DNA of 61,100 nt from Bacteroidales bacterium. Lineage in GTDB: Bacteria > Bacteroidota > Bacteroidia > Bacteroidales > ML635J-15. The stretch is from positions 1 through 61,100 of the forward strand of contig DAONZU010000001.1 of the NCBI GenBank assembly GCA_035406965.1, read 5' to 3'. Below are positions 44,644 to 56,284 of this stretch, one piece after another (the stretch's first letter is position 1; the number at the start of each line of letters is the position of its first letter). A model generated the notes under the pieces. The model ran no database searches. It was not told where the DNA came from and worked only from the letters and a program-made list of their open reading frames with translations. The translations under genes were made by a program, and so were the position numbers.

Positions 44644-46872
44644 ATGGTTACAGAAAATATGTTTTGGTTAGTTCCTTTTGCTTCTATTTTGGCTCTAGGT
44701 TTTGCCTGGTACTTTTTTAGGAGTATGATGAAAGAAAAAGAAGGAACACACATGATGAAAAAAGTTGCTTTGTATGTCAAAAAAGGTGCTATGGCTTACT
44801 TAAGGCAACAATACAAAGTAGTTGCAATTGTTTTTATTGCTTTAACACTTTTATTTGCAATTATGGCTTACGTACTAAAAATCCAAAACCCTTGGGTTCC
44901 TTTTGCCTTTATTACAGGCGGATTTTTCTCAGGTTTAGCTGGATTTTTGGGTATGAAAACTGCTACTCATGCTTCGTCGCGAGCTGCAAATGCTGCACGA
45001 CACTCACTAAATGCGAGCTTAAAACTTGCTTTTAGATCTGGAGCAGTTATGGGTTTAGTAGTTGTTGGCTTAGGTTTATTAGACATTTCGCTTTGGTTTT
45101 ACGTTTTACAATATGTAATTGGAGCATTAGACTCTACTACCAATCCTTTAATTGCAGCCGACCCATCAATGAAATTAATTATAATTACTACCACAACTCT
45201 AACTTTTGGTATGGGAGCTTCAACACAAGCATTATTTGCGCGTGTTGGTGGAGGTATTTATACAAAAGCAGCTGATGTTGGAGCTGACTTAGTAGGTAAA
45301 TTAGAAGCCGACATTCCAGAAGATGACCCACGCAACCCAGCAACAATAGCTGATAATGTTGGAGATAATGTTGGAGACGTTGCTGGAATGGGTGCCGACT
45401 TATACGAATCATATTGTGGTGCAATACTTTCTACTGCAGCTCTAGGTGCTGTAGCATTCAAATCTAGCGGACTTGACGTTCAATTTAATGCAGTAATTGC
45501 ACCAATGCTAATTGCTGCTGTAGGAATTATTTTGTCAATTCTAGGGATTTTCTTAGTAAAAACCAAAGAAGGTGCAAACCAAAAACAACTTCTAGCTGCA
45601 TTAGGTAGAGGAGTAAACATAAGCTCAATTTTAATCGCTTTTTTCTCGTTAGGAGTATTATATTACTTAGGAATACCAAACTACCAAGGCATTTGGATTG
45701 CAATGTTAGTTGGCTTAGTAGGTGGAATAGGAATTGGAAAATCCACAGAATATTTTACCTCATCGGGCTTTAAACCTACTCAAAAAATTTCAGAGTCTGC
45801 AAAAACAGGACATGCAACAGTTATTATTCAAGGTGTTGGGATTGGTATGATTTCAACTGCAATTCCTGTTTTAATTGTAGCCACTTCAATAATTTTATCT
45901 TATTTATTTGCTTCAAAATTCGACTTTAGCAATATTGGAATGGGACTTTATGGCATTGCAATAGCAGCGGTTGGAATGCTTTCAACTTTAGGCATTACCC
46001 TAGCAACAGACGCTTACGGACCTATTGCTGACAATGCGGGCGGGAATGCTCAAATGAGTGGACTTGAACCAGAAGTTAGACAAAGAACAGATGCTTTAGA
46101 CCAACTAGGCAACACCACTGCCGCAACAGGCAAAGGCTTTGCTATAGGCTCGGCTGCTTTAACTGCTTTAGCTCTTTTAGCTTCATATATCGAAGAAATA
46201 AAAATTGCTATGGGAAGATTGCCCGAAAAAGCTAGCGAATTTTTGAGTACTACTGGTGTTGACATCCATTCTGCAACTATTCCAGATATCATGTCGTTTT
46301 TCAAAGTAAATTTAATGAATCCTCTTGTTATTGTTGGAATATTTATTGGAGCAATGACGGCTTTCTTATTTTCAGGTTTAACAATGAATGCTGTTGGGCG
46401 TGCTGCCGAAGGCATGGTTAATGAAGTAAGAAGACAATTCAGAGAAATAAAAGGAATTTTAACAGGAGAAGCTGAACCTGATTATGCTCGCTGTGTGGAA
46501 ATATCAACAAAAAGTGCACAAAGAGAAATGATTTTACCTTCCACTTTAGCTATTGCAATACCTATAATTATGGGACTTTTATTCGGCGTTCCTGGAGTAA
46601 TGGGATTGTTGCTTGGTGGTATTTCTACAGGTTTTGTTTTAGCAATATTTATGGCAAATTCTGGAGGTTCTTGGGACAATGCAAAAAAACATGTCGAAGA
46701 AGGCTGTTGTGGTGGTAAAGGATCCGAAGCTCATAAAGCTGCAATTACTGGGGATACTGTTGGTGACCCATTTAAAGACACATCTGGACCAAGCTTAAAT
46801 ATATTAATAAAACTTATGAGTATGGTTGCTATAGTAATGGCTGGACTTACTGCTGCATTTTCACTTTTATAA
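44644..46872 (+). CDS. hppA: Membrane-bound proton/sodium-translocating pyrophosphatase
   Basis: [51 protein letters not shown]; 742 aa polytopic protein. Confidence 0.96.
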   Translation: MVTENMFWLVPFASILALGFAWYFFRSMMKEKEGTHMMKKVALYVKKGAMAYLRQQYKVVAIVFIALTLLFAIMAYVLKIQNPWVPFAFITGGFFSGLAGFLGMKTATHASSRAANAARHSLNASLKLAFRSGAVMGLVVVGLGLLDISLWFYVLQYVIGALDSTTNPLIAADPSMKLIIITTTTLTFGMGASTQALFARVGGGIYTKAADVGADLVGKLEADIPEDDPRNPATIADNVGDNVGDVAGMGADLYESYCGAILSTAALGAVAFKSSGLDVQFNAVIAPMLIAAVGIILSILGIFLVKTKEGANQKQLLAALGRGVNISSILIAFFSLGVLYYLGIPNYQGIWIAMLVGLVGGIGIGKSTEYFTSSGFKPTQKISESAKTGHATVIIQGVGIGMISTAIPVLIVATSIILSYLFASKFDFSNIGMGLYGIAIAAVGMLSTLGITLATDAYGPIADNAGGNAQMSGLEPEVRQRTDALDQLGNTTAATGKGFAIGSAALTALALLASYIEEIKIAMGRLPEKASEFLSTTGVDIHSATIPDIMSFFKVNLMNPLVIVGIFIGAMTAFLFSGLTMNAVGRAAEGMVNEVRRQFREIKGILTGEAEPDYARCVEISTKSAQREMILPSTLAIAIPIIMGLLFGVPGVMGLLLGGISTGFVLAIFMANSGGSWDNAKKHVEEGCCGGKGSEAHKAAITGDTVGDPFKDTSGPSLNILIKLMSMVAIVMAGLTAAFSLL

Positions 46873-46900
46873 TAAATAGAGTTTATTTTTAAATTACTAA

Positions 46901-46936
46901 AGAATTGGCTTAGGTTGTAAAACTTAAGCCAATTCT
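46901..46936. terminator. Hairpin between convergent hppA and pdxJ; the right arm is the pdxJ 3' coding end
   Basis: AGAATTGGCTTA-ggttgtaaaact-TAAGCCAATTCT, a 12-bp perfect stem. Confidence 0.55.
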
Positions 46937-47637
46937 CTTAAATATAGTTTTATAGTATTATCCAAACCGAAATAAAGAGCATCTGAAATAAGAGCATGAC
47001 CAATAGAAACTTCAGAAATTCCTTTTACATTTTGAACAAAAAATTTCAGATTTTGCAAACTTAAATCATGTCCAGCATTTAGTCCTAAACCTAGTTTTAA
47101 CGCTAACTCACCAGCTTTAACGAAAGGTGCAACTGCTTTTTCTTTGTTTTTTTCAAAACCAGCTGCATAAGGTTCTGTATATAGCTCTACCCTATCTGTT
47201 CCTGTTAATACAGCCCCTTCAATATTTTTAAATTCTGTATCTACAAAAATCGAAGTCCTAATTTTTGCAACCTTAAGTTCTGAAATAATTTCTTTTAAAA
47301 AATCTTTATGCTTAACAGTATCCCAACCAGCATTCGATGTTAAAACATCTGGTGGGTCTGGAACCAATGTTACTTGATGTGGTTTTACTTTTTTTACTAA
47401 ATCAATAAAATCTTTAGAAGGATAACCTTCAATATTAAATTCTGTTTTAATAATAGGACGAATATCATAAACATCTTGATACTTAATATGACGCTCATCA
47501 GGACGAGGATGAACAGTTATTCCATGTGCACCAAACATTTCGCATTTTATAGCAGCAAGTTTTACATCAGGAATATTACCACCACGAGCATTTCTTATAG
47601 TTGCAATTTTATTAATATTTACACTTAAATTTGTCAT
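46924..47637 (-). CDS. pdxJ: Pyridoxine 5'-phosphate synthase
   Basis: [47 protein letters not shown]; 237 aa. Confidence 0.95.
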   Translation of the reverse strand: MTNLSVNINKIATIRNARGGNIPDVKLAAIKCEMFGAHGITVHPRPDERHIKYQDVYDIRPIIKTEFNIEGYPSKDFIDLVKKVKPHQVTLVPDPPDVLTSNAGWDTVKHKDFLKEIISELKVAKIRTSIFVDTEFKNIEGAVLTGTDRVELYTEPYAAGFEKNKEKAVAPFVKAGELALKLGLGLNAGHDLSLQNLKFFVQNVKGISEVSIGHALISDALYFGLDNTIKLYLRELA

Positions 47638-47727
47638 ATATTAAAATTTTAAAGTTTTTATTATTGTATTTTTCTGATACAAATATATTAATTAAGTTTG
47701 CATAATCAAATATCGAAAAACATATTT

Positions 47728-48393
47728 ATGATTGCTAAAAATTTATATTCTGACACAATACCGATTCTAAAAACATCAAACACAGGCAGTGAAGCAATAG
47801 CCTTGATGGAAACACATAGAATATCGCATTTACCAATAGTAAATAACGAAGAATTTTTAGGATTAATTTCCGACTCTGACATATACGACCACAACGACTT
47901 AAATGCACCTATAGGAACGCACAACCCATCACTTATTAGACCATATGTGTTTGAAAATCAACATATTTACGAAATTGTTGACTTATTTGCAAAACTAAAA
48001 CTTACTATTGTACCTGTTTTAGATGCAAATAAAAAATATTTAGGAAGTATTACTTTGCACAATTTTGTTACTGAATTTTCTAAAATGATTAGCGTAGAAA
48101 AGGCTGGTGCTATTATCATTTTAGAAATGACTATTCACGATTATTGTTTATCTGAAATTGCTCAAATTGTAGAATCAAACAATGCAAAAATTCTTTCATT
48201 ATTTGTAAACACTATAGAAGCAAGCACTGCAATAAGCATAACAATAAAACTTGATGTTACAGATATGGCTTCAATAATTCAAACTTTTGAAAGATATGAT
48301 TACAAAATAAAAGCTTCGTTTTTAAGCGAAGATATGCTCAAAGTTTTTTACCAAGATAGATTAGATTCCTTTTTAAACTACTTAGACATTTGA
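47728..48393 (+). CDS. CBS domain-containing protein
   Basis: Tandem CBS pair pattern (..ISHLPIVNNEEFLGLISDSDI.. / ..LTIVPVLDANKKYLGSITLHNF..). The ORF-track start at 47698 is TTG, so I use the ATG at 47728. Confidence 0.8.
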   Translation: MIAKNLYSDTIPILKTSNTGSEAIALMETHRISHLPIVNNEEFLGLISDSDIYDHNDLNAPIGTHNPSLIRPYVFENQHIYEIVDLFAKLKLTIVPVLDANKKYLGSITLHNFVTEFSKMISVEKAGAIIILEMTIHDYCLSEIAQIVESNNAKILSLFVNTIEASTAISITIKLDVTDMASIIQTFERYDYKIKASFLSEDMLKVFYQDRLDSFLNYLDI

Positions 48394-49772
48394 GAAATTA
48401 TTTCATAATATTTCTGTTATTTGCTTTAGTTTTATCAAAAAACGCAAAAAATCAAAATTATATAATTTCAGAAATTTCTATTAATGGAAATAATAAAACT
48501 AAAAAAGAAATTATTCTAAAAGAATTATGCTTTAACGAAAAAGATAGCATTGATTATTTAACACTCGAAAAAGCGATAACAGAATCTAAACAAAATCTTT
48601 TAAGAACCAGCCTATTTAATTATGTCGATTTTAACTACAAAACTTCTGAAAATCAAGCATTTATCAATGTCAATGTTGAAGAAAGATGGTATTGGTGGAT
48701 TTATCCAATTTTTGAACACGGAAGCAGAAACTTATCAAGTTTTATTATCGATAAAGACTTTAGCCAAATAAATTATGGAGGAGTTGTTGAATTACACAAC
48801 ATAAAAGGGATAAATAATTACTTTAAAATAAAAGTTCGTGGAGGCTACAGGCAACATTATTCCTTAACACTATTTTTACAAAATTTTGAAAAAACAAAAA
48901 ACCACGGTTTAAAAATAAATACAGAAACTTTTATTCAAAAAAAATTTGTTTCAAATATTCTGGATAATAAAGCAGTTTACAGTTTAAGCAATTTTTTAAA
49001 TTTTAATTCACATTTAATATATTCTTACAGAATAAATTTAAACAACCTACTAGGCTTTGGAATGACTTACAAACACTATTGGTTAAAAGACAATAATCAA
49101 GAAACACCAAATCTAAATTTTATTTCAAATTATTTTAACCCAATAATTTATTATAATTTTGATAATCGTAATAACAAAGTGTATCCAACAGATGGGTTTT
49201 TAATAAATATAAATTGTGGATATTGGCATAATTTGAACAAACAATTTGCTTCGTTTATTGGAAATAATCTTGAGTTTCAACTTCACAAAACAATAAAAAA
49301 TTCACGATTTGCAATACACAATATTAGCTCGTATAAGTTTTACAAAGAAGAAAAAAAGAAAAATTCATTTTTTCAAACCCAGTTAGAATTTGGCAAAGAT
49401 TTTTGGATTAGAGGATATGAATATTTTTATTTTATGGGCAATAATACTGTTAAGGCTCAAAATACCATATCGTTTTTATTAAGTAAAACTAAAATACATA
49501 ATTTGCCAAAATTTTTACCAAACGAATTTAAAAAAGCATACACCAAAGTTTATTTAGAAGTATTTGGCGATTTAATTTACACTGATGGATACAACGAAAC
49601 TTTTAATTTTAATAATGATTTCAATAAAAATCTTAATTATACTTTTGGCATTGGAGCTTCTTTTGAAACTTACTATGACAGATTATTGCAAATTAATTTA
49701 ACATATGTGCCAAATACATCAAAAATAGGTATATTTGTAAACTATAAAACACCTCTTATAAAATTATATTAA
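48390..49772 (+). CDS. BamA/Omp85-superfamily outer membrane protein (single POTRA + beta-barrel)
   Basis: YIISEISINGNNKTKKEIILKEL POTRA start, aromatic-rich beta-barrel, terminal ..LIKLY. No in-frame ATG near the 5' end. The TTG at 48390 overlaps the CBS-gene TGA (TTGA), so the start is uncertain. Confidence 0.65.
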   Translation: MRNYFIIFLLFALVLSKNAKNQNYIISEISINGNNKTKKEIILKELCFNEKDSIDYLTLEKAITESKQNLLRTSLFNYVDFNYKTSENQAFINVNVEERWYWWIYPIFEHGSRNLSSFIIDKDFSQINYGGVVELHNIKGINNYFKIKVRGGYRQHYSLTLFLQNFEKTKNHGLKINTETFIQKKFVSNILDNKAVYSLSNFLNFNSHLIYSYRINLNNLLGFGMTYKHYWLKDNNQETPNLNFISNYFNPIIYYNFDNRNNKVYPTDGFLININCGYWHNLNKQFASFIGNNLEFQLHKTIKNSRFAIHNISSYKFYKEEKKKNSFFQTQLEFGKDFWIRGYEYFYFMGNNTVKAQNTISFLLSKTKIHNLPKFLPNEFKKAYTKVYLEVFGDLIYTDGYNETFNFNNDFNKNLNYTFGIGASFETYYDRLLQINLTYVPNTSKIGIFVNYKTPLIKLY

Positions 49773-50654
49773 ATGAACATAGCTATATTTGGTCGAAACT
49801 TTGGGAACAGCTTTAATGGCATGGCTATTCAGTTGTTTGAAGAATTAAAAAAACGTGAAGTAAATATTTACATAAACAATAAATTTTTTGATTTCATTTC
49901 TCAAAAAGTTCTTTATAAACCGCTAGCAAAAGGTATTTACCAAAATTCTTTACCTAAAAATGTGAAATTTGATTTTGTTTTTAGTTTAGGAGGAGACGGG
50001 ACATTTTTAGAAGCAGCTAGTTTAGTTGGAGATTTAGGAATTCCTATGTTAGGAATTAATACTGGAAAATTAGGATTTCTTTCTTATGTTAGTTCCAACA
50101 ATTTGTTAACAGCACTAAATCAAATTTTTGAAAAAGAATACAGCCTCGAAAAACGAATACTTATACAAATAGATGCTGATAAGGAATTTTATGGCGACAA
50201 AAATTTTTGTTTAAACGATTTTGTAATTCAAAAAAAATCAAGACTAAGCATGATAAAAACTAAAGTATATGCTGATGGAAATTTTATAAACACCTACTGG
50301 TCTGATGGACTAATTATTTCTACGCCAACAGGTTCTACTGCATATTCAATGAGCTGTGGAGGACCAATTGTCGCTCCTACTTCAAATGTTTTTGTGATAA
50401 CTCCAATAGCAAATCATAATCTAACTGTTAGACCTTTGGTAATTTCTGCCAATTCTGAGATAGAAATTTCGATTGACACAGAAGAAGGCAAAGTATTAGC
50501 ATCACTAGATCATAGAGCATATGGAATTGACAATTTTAAAAAAATTTTAATAAAACGTGCAAATTTTCATATTAATTTTGTTAATTTATTTAAAAATACT
50601 TATTTTAGCACCTTGAGAGAGAAATTAATGTGGGGGACGGACATAAGAAATTAA
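49773..50654 (+). CDS. nadK: NAD kinase
   Basis: SLGGDGTFL, GINTGKLGFL, ISTPTGSTAYSMSCGGPI. Confidence 0.95.
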   Translation: MNIAIFGRNFGNSFNGMAIQLFEELKKREVNIYINNKFFDFISQKVLYKPLAKGIYQNSLPKNVKFDFVFSLGGDGTFLEAASLVGDLGIPMLGINTGKLGFLSYVSSNNLLTALNQIFEKEYSLEKRILIQIDADKEFYGDKNFCLNDFVIQKKSRLSMIKTKVYADGNFINTYWSDGLIISTPTGSTAYSMSCGGPIVAPTSNVFVITPIANHNLTVRPLVISANSEIEISIDTEEGKVLASLDHRAYGIDNFKKILIKRANFHINFVNLFKNTYFSTLREKLMWGTDIRN

Positions 50655-50699
50655 CTGCTTGAAAATCAAGAAGTTATATGATTTTTAAAATAATAAAAG

Positions 50700-51593
50700 A
50701 TGAGAAAATTATTTGTTTTTTTGTTAATAGTTTCGTTTTCGGGAAGTTTTGTATCGGCGCAATACAATGTTCACTGGAGAAAAATACGCCACGAAGTATC
50801 TGTTGGCGGGGGAACTAATAACTTTTTAGGTGAATTAGGTGGCTCTGATGCTGTAGGTTCACATTTTGTTAAAGACTTTGATTTTTATGCCTCAAGATGG
50901 CAATTCCAAGTTGGCTATAGCTACAAACTAGCCGAATCTTGGGCAGTTTCAACAAATCTTATTTACGGGAGATTGTATGGTAGTGACGAATTGGCTGGCG
51001 AAGAAAACAGATACAATAGAAACATAAGTTTTAGATCGCCATTTATTGATTTATCTGCAAATATCCAGTTTTCTATAATGAAAGAAAAATATGGACATAG
51101 GTATGATTTAAAAAGAATTAAAGGAGCAAGTAATACACCAAACTTATACATATTTACCGGAATTTCAGGAATATACTTTAATCCAAAAGGACAATACACT
51201 GATGGTAAATGGTATGCCCTACAACCTCTTGGTACAGAAGGACAAGGAATTATTCCTACACGCGACAAATACTGCCGAATTGCTTTAGGAATCCCTCTAG
51301 GAATAGGTGTAAACTACATGTTGGATAGAAACCTTGGTATAGGTGCAGAATATTGTGTAAAATATTATTTTTCTGATTACATAGATGATGTAAGTAGCAC
51401 TTATGTTGACCCTGAGATTTTTACCGACCCAATGGCTGCGTATTTTAGTAGTGGAACAGCAAATCCTAGTTGGCAAGGAACTGGACCAGGACAACAACGC
51501 GGACAAACAAACTACAATGATGCCATAATGTATTTATCAGTAAAACTTACTTACAAACTTAGACCAGGATCACCAGGAATGCCTAAATTTTAA
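50700..51593 (+). CDS. DUF6089-like outer membrane beta-barrel protein
   Basis: Signal peptide then ..VSVGGGTNNFLGELGG... Conserved position between nadK and uppS in Bacteroidota. Confidence 0.65.
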   Translation: MRKLFVFLLIVSFSGSFVSAQYNVHWRKIRHEVSVGGGTNNFLGELGGSDAVGSHFVKDFDFYASRWQFQVGYSYKLAESWAVSTNLIYGRLYGSDELAGEENRYNRNISFRSPFIDLSANIQFSIMKEKYGHRYDLKRIKGASNTPNLYIFTGISGIYFNPKGQYTDGKWYALQPLGTEGQGIIPTRDKYCRIALGIPLGIGVNYMLDRNLGIGAEYCVKYYFSDYIDDVSSTYVDPEIFTDPMAAYFSSGTANPSWQGTGPGQQRGQTNYNDAIMYLSVKLTYKLRPGSPGMPKF

Positions 51594-51692
51594 TATCAAA
51601 CAAAATATTTGTTTTTAATTTTCGTTGATAGTAAAATGTGGGGCAGAAAAAACATATTATTAATAATTATAAGTATTATAAAAAAAACAATA

Positions 51693-52409
51693 ATGCAGAA
51701 ACAAACTGCATTATTGTTTTTTATTACAATATTGTTTTTTTTACCTTCAAAAAGTATAGCACAAAGAGGATTTGAAATTGGACCCACTGCAGGAGGTTCG
51801 TACTATATGGGCGACATAAATATGTATAAACATTTTTATTCTACAAATTTAAATCTTGGTTTTTTTATGAAATACCACATAAATCAACGTGTTGGAGTCA
51901 GATTAAGTGGCATTGCAACAAAACTTTCGGCTGCAGACAAAGATTTTAAAAGTCCTTTTCAACAAGAAAGAGACCATAGCTTCGAAACCAACTTAATCGA
52001 AATTGCTTCTATGGTTGAAGTTACTTTTTTACCATACGAAATTGGAGATATAAAAAGAAAAAGTTTCACTCCATATATTCATACTGGATTAGCAGCATAT
52101 TTAGCATCGTCTGAACAAGGATTAAATATGGCTGTACCAATAGGAATGGGAATCAAAAAAAATATAAGACCCAGATTAGTTATTGGTATAGAGTGGACAT
52201 TCAAACGAACTTTTTCAGATGGTTTAGACAATTTAATAGGAGAAGATTTAAAAATTTACGACCCCGCATATGGAACAGATATAACAGAATCAAACATGAA
52301 CAAACAAACTGGCTTTCTGTACAATAAAGATTGGTATTCATTTGCCAACCTAACAATATCTTATACTTTTAAATTAGGTGGACTAGGTTGTCCAGCTTAT
52401 TACGAATAA
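51693..52409 (+). CDS. DUF6089 / PorG-like small outer membrane beta-barrel protein
   Basis: Signal peptide MQKQTALLFFITILFFLPSKSIAQ then RGFEIGPTAGGSYYMGDIN. Immediately upstream of uppS-bamA-skp, the position I recall for porG in Porphyromonas gingivalis. Start moved from 51609 to the ATG at 51693. Confidence 0.55.
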   Translation: MQKQTALLFFITILFFLPSKSIAQRGFEIGPTAGGSYYMGDINMYKHFYSTNLNLGFFMKYHINQRVGVRLSGIATKLSAADKDFKSPFQQERDHSFETNLIEIASMVEVTFLPYEIGDIKRKSFTPYIHTGLAAYLASSEQGLNMAVPIGMGIKKNIRPRLVIGIEWTFKRTFSDGLDNLIGEDLKIYDPAYGTDITESNMNKQTGFLYNKDWYSFANLTISYTFKLGGLGCPAYYE

Positions 52410-52419
52410 AATAAAATAA

Positions 52420-53160
52420 ATGTCTTTAATAAACAAAATAAATAAAAATAATATCCCAAAACACGTAGCAATAATAATGGACGGCAACGGTAGATGGGCA
52501 AAAGCTAGAGGCAAAGATAGACTAAGTGGTCATCAAGCAGGAGCAAATTCTGTAAAAACTAGCTTAGAAGTATGTGGCGAACTTGGAATAAAATTTTTAA
52601 CCGTTTATGCTTTTTCTACAGAAAACTGGAATAGACCAAAAACCGAAGTACTGGGACTAATGAATCTTTTGGTTGGAACAATTGACAAAGAACTTGACGA
52701 AATAAAAAAGAAAAAAGTAAAAGTAACTGTAATTGGCGATATGTCAAGACTAGACACATTAGTTCAAAAAAAACTTAAACTAGCAATAGAGGAAACAAAA
52801 AATAATGACTTATTAAATTTTATAATTGCTCTCAATTATAGTGGAAGATGGGACATAGTAAATGCATGCAAAAAATTAGCTCAAGATTGTAAAGAGAACA
52901 TAATAGAACCAGAAAAGATAAATGAAAATGTTTTTAACTCATACTTGTCAACTTATAATATTCCCGACCCCGAACTTTTAATAAGAACTAGCGGTGAAGA
53001 AAGAATTAGCAACTTTTTACTTTATCAATTGGCTTATTCAGAATTATACTTTACCCAAACATTTTGGCCCGACTTCTCAAAAGAAGAATTTTACAAGGCT
53101 ATATTAAGTTATCAGAATAGAGAAAGACGTTTTGGAAAAATTAGTGAACAATTAACTTAA
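52420..53160 (+). CDS. uppS: Isoprenyl transferase (undecaprenyl diphosphate synthase)
   Basis: HVAIIMDGNGRWA, TVYAFSTENWNRP, LIRTSGEERISNFLLYQLAYSELYF. Confidence 0.96.
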   Translation: MSLINKINKNNIPKHVAIIMDGNGRWAKARGKDRLSGHQAGANSVKTSLEVCGELGIKFLTVYAFSTENWNRPKTEVLGLMNLLVGTIDKELDEIKKKKVKVTVIGDMSRLDTLVQKKLKLAIEETKNNDLLNFIIALNYSGRWDIVNACKKLAQDCKENIIEPEKINENVFNSYLSTYNIPDPELLIRTSGEERISNFLLYQLAYSELYFTQTFWPDFSKEEFYKAILSYQNRERRFGKISEQLT

Positions 53161-53161
53161 A

Positions 53162-55705
53162 ATGATGAAAAAAATTTTACAAATAATTATATTTTCTTGT
53201 ATTAGTCTTTATTTAAACGCTCAACACAGTTCAAACCAGACTGTTATTGATTATTCTAATCCTAAAGAATATGAAATTGGTGGAGTTACTATTTCAGGAA
53301 TTCAATACTTAGACCACAATGTTTTATTATATCTTACAGGTCTTGAAATTGGAAATAAAATAACAATACCAGGAGATGATATAACTAAAGCGATTAAAAT
53401 TCTATGGGAACAAGGATTGTTTTCCGATGTAAAAATCAGCATGACAAGACAAATTAACGATGTTGTATTTTTAGATATTTATTTAGAAGAAAGACCAAGA
53501 TTATCAAAATTCTCTTTTACAGGTGTTAAAAAGGGAGAAGCTGACGATATTAGAGATTTAATAAAGCTTGTGAAAGGAACTCAAATAACCGAAAATACAA
53601 TTTTATATTCTGAGAAAAAAATAAAAGATTATTTTATTGACAAAGGTTTTAGAAATGTTTCTGTAAACACCAAACAAGAAATTGACACAAGTTTAGTTAA
53701 CTCAAAAGTTCTAATTTTTGAAATAGACAAAGCTAATAGAGTTAAAATCGAAAACATTAATTTTATCGGAAATGAAAATATCGGAGAAGAAAAAAAGTTT
53801 TACGATTTTTATTTATCTCAGGAGAAACGTAGCGACTGGAAGCTTCGCAGAGCTATGAAAGACACTAAACAAAAAACATGGTATAATATTTTTAAATCTT
53901 CTAAAATGTTGCCTCAACAATTTGAAGATGACAAGAAAAACATAATCAATAAATACAACGAGTTAGGTTATAGAGATGCAAGGATAATATCCGACTCTAT
54001 AATCAACAATCCAGATGGAACTATAAGCGTAAATATACAAATTGAAGAAGGTAAAAAATATTATTTTAGAAATATTACTTGGGTTGGTAATACTAAATAT
54101 AATTCCGAACTTTTAGATAGAGTGCTTGGCATAAAAAAAGGTGATGTTTACAACCACAAACTTCTTAACGAAAGATTATTGTACGATCCTGCTGGAGTTA
54201 TGTCAATTTACCAAGATAATAGTTACCTTTTTTCAAATATAAATCCTGTTGAAATTTTGGTAGAAAACGATTCTATTGATATTGAAATGCGAATATACGA
54301 AGGCAAACAAGCTAGAATAAATAGAGTAGATATTTCAGGCAACACGAGAACTAACGACCATGTCATTGTGAGAGAAATCAGAACTCGACCAGGATCCCTA
54401 TATAAACGTTCTGAAGTTCAACGTACAATTAGAGAATTAGCACAACTTGGCTATTTCGACCCAGAAAAATTAAATGTAGATTTTCAACCAGACCCAGTAA
54501 ATGGAACAGTTGATTTAGAATACCTTGTTGAAGAAAAATCAACAGACCAAATAGAACTTTCGGGTGGATATGGTGGTGGAATTATTGTTGGTACTTTAGG
54601 ATTAACTTTCAACAATTTTTCGCTACGAAACATATTTAACGCAAAAGCATATCATCCTCTACCAAGCGGAGACGGACAAAGACTTGCACTTAGAGTACAA
54701 GCATCAGGACTTTGGTATCAAAATTATTCATTTTCATTTATAGAGCCTTGGTTTGGCGGTAAAAAGCCTAATTCATTCACAACTTCTGCTTATCATTCTG
54801 TAATGTCTAATCCTAGTTTCCAAGATACAACCACTTATTACTTTAAAGTTACAGGAGTTGGTTTTGGTTTAGGACAAAGACTAAGAGTACCTGACGACTA
54901 TTTTACTTTATACAACGAACTTTCTTTTAAACATTATAATTTAAAAGATTATCCAAATCCTGGTTTTGCACTTTACAGAACAGGTCGCTCAAATAATATT
55001 AGCTTTAAAACTGTTCTTGGACGTAGTTCATCAGGGCCAAATCCAATATTCCCAACAACTGGATCAAACTTTTCTCTTTCTGTAGAATTAACACCACCAT
55101 ATTCTTTATTTAATGGTAAAGACTACTCTGCAAATATAACTCCACAAGAAAGATACAAATGGATAGAATATCATAAGTATAAGTTTAGTGGTCAATGGTT
55201 TACAACTCTTGCTGGAAGCAGAGACGGTAGTAGCCGTGCTTTAGTTTTAATGTCTAAATTTGAATTTGGAATGTTAGCCATGTACAACAAAGAAGTTGGA
55301 CCTTCGCCATTTGAAGCCTTCCAAGTTGGAGGTGATGGACTTTACGGATACAATTTATACGGCTTAGAAACAATTGGTTTAAGAGGTTATGCAAATAATT
55401 CATTAACACCAAATAATGGTGGTAACATATATGACAAATTTACATTAGAACTTAGATATCCATTGTCATTAGCACCAACTGCAACATTATACATGATAGG
55501 ATTTGTTGAAGCAGGAAATGCATGGTTTGCTTCTGAAAACTTTGACCCATTTGACCTTAAACGTGCTGCAGGCGTTGGAGTTAGATTCTTTATGCCTATG
55601 ATTGGAATGTTAGGAGTTGACTGGGGATATGGATTTGACGAATTGTCAGGTTCAACAGGTGCAAATGGGTCACAATTTCATTTTGTAATAGGACAACAAT
55701 TTTAA
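53162..55705 (+). CDS. bamA: Outer membrane protein assembly factor BamA
   Basis: 847 aa. Five POTRA-like units (e.g. ..YEIGGVTISGIQYLD.., ..IENINFIGNENI.., ..INRVDISGNTRTNDHVIVRE..) plus a C-terminal barrel ending ..HFVIGQQF. Confidence 0.95.
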   Translation: MMKKILQIIIFSCISLYLNAQHSSNQTVIDYSNPKEYEIGGVTISGIQYLDHNVLLYLTGLEIGNKITIPGDDITKAIKILWEQGLFSDVKISMTRQINDVVFLDIYLEERPRLSKFSFTGVKKGEADDIRDLIKLVKGTQITENTILYSEKKIKDYFIDKGFRNVSVNTKQEIDTSLVNSKVLIFEIDKANRVKIENINFIGNENIGEEKKFYDFYLSQEKRSDWKLRRAMKDTKQKTWYNIFKSSKMLPQQFEDDKKNIINKYNELGYRDARIISDSIINNPDGTISVNIQIEEGKKYYFRNITWVGNTKYNSELLDRVLGIKKGDVYNHKLLNERLLYDPAGVMSIYQDNSYLFSNINPVEILVENDSIDIEMRIYEGKQARINRVDISGNTRTNDHVIVREIRTRPGSLYKRSEVQRTIRELAQLGYFDPEKLNVDFQPDPVNGTVDLEYLVEEKSTDQIELSGGYGGGIIVGTLGLTFNNFSLRNIFNAKAYHPLPSGDGQRLALRVQASGLWYQNYSFSFIEPWFGGKKPNSFTTSAYHSVMSNPSFQDTTTYYFKVTGVGFGLGQRLRVPDDYFTLYNELSFKHYNLKDYPNPGFALYRTGRSNNISFKTVLGRSSSGPNPIFPTTGSNFSLSVELTPPYSLFNGKDYSANITPQERYKWIEYHKYKFSGQWFTTLAGSRDGSSRALVLMSKFEFGMLAMYNKEVGPSPFEAFQVGGDGLYGYNLYGLETIGLRGYANNSLTPNNGGNIYDKFTLELRYPLSLAPTATLYMIGFVEAGNAWFASENFDPFDLKRAAGVGVRFFMPMIGMLGVDWGYGFDELSGSTGANGSQFHFVIGQQF

Positions 55706-55766
55706 ATTTAATTTGGAACGCATTTTGCATTTATATATATTAGTAACATAAAAAAATTTAAAAATT

Positions 55767-56279
55767 ATGAAAAAAATATTTGTTTTTATTATCGCTTTAA
55801 CATGTGCGGGACTTGCATTTTCCCAAAAAACTGCTTATGTGGATACTGAATATATTTTAAACAATATCCCAACTTACGAATCTGCAAAAACACAACTTGA
55901 TGAAATTTCTGAAGATTGGAAAAATGAAATTGACCAAATGAAAGAAAGTATTGATAAAATGTATAAAGATTATCAATCCGAAAGAATTTTGTTGACAGAA
56001 GAACTTAGAATAAAACGAGAAGAAGAAATTATGAAAAGAGAAAAAGAAATGAGAGACAAACAACAAAAATACTTCGGAAAAGATGGTTTATTGTTTAAAA
56101 AACGTGAAGAACTAATCAAGCCTATTCAAGATGATATTTTTAATGCAATCAAAGAAATTGCTCAAGAAGGTTCTTATTCAATTATTTTTGATACAGCTAA
56201 CAGTTTAAATATGTTATACACAGATCCTAAATTTGACAAAAGTGATGATGTATTAAAAAAGTTAGGTTATAAGAATTAA
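55767..56279 (+). CDS. OmpH/Skp family periplasmic chaperone
   Basis: Signal peptide, coiled-coil-rich ~170 aa, directly after bamA. Confidence 0.88.
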   Translation: MKKIFVFIIALTCAGLAFSQKTAYVDTEYILNNIPTYESAKTQLDEISEDWKNEIDQMKESIDKMYKDYQSERILLTEELRIKREEEIMKREKEMRDKQQKYFGKDGLLFKKREELIKPIQDDIFNAIKEIAQEGSYSIIFDTANSLNMLYTDPKFDKSDDVLKKLGYKN

Positions 56280-56284
56280 TTATT

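Noticed and set aside
45093-46679. Several antisense or alternate-frame ORFs inside hppA (45093..45275, 45188..45424, 45258..45461, 46050..46415, 46482..46679)
   Set aside because: They lie wholly within a strongly conserved pyrophosphatase gene whose higher G+C suppresses stop codons in other frames. No motifs were found.
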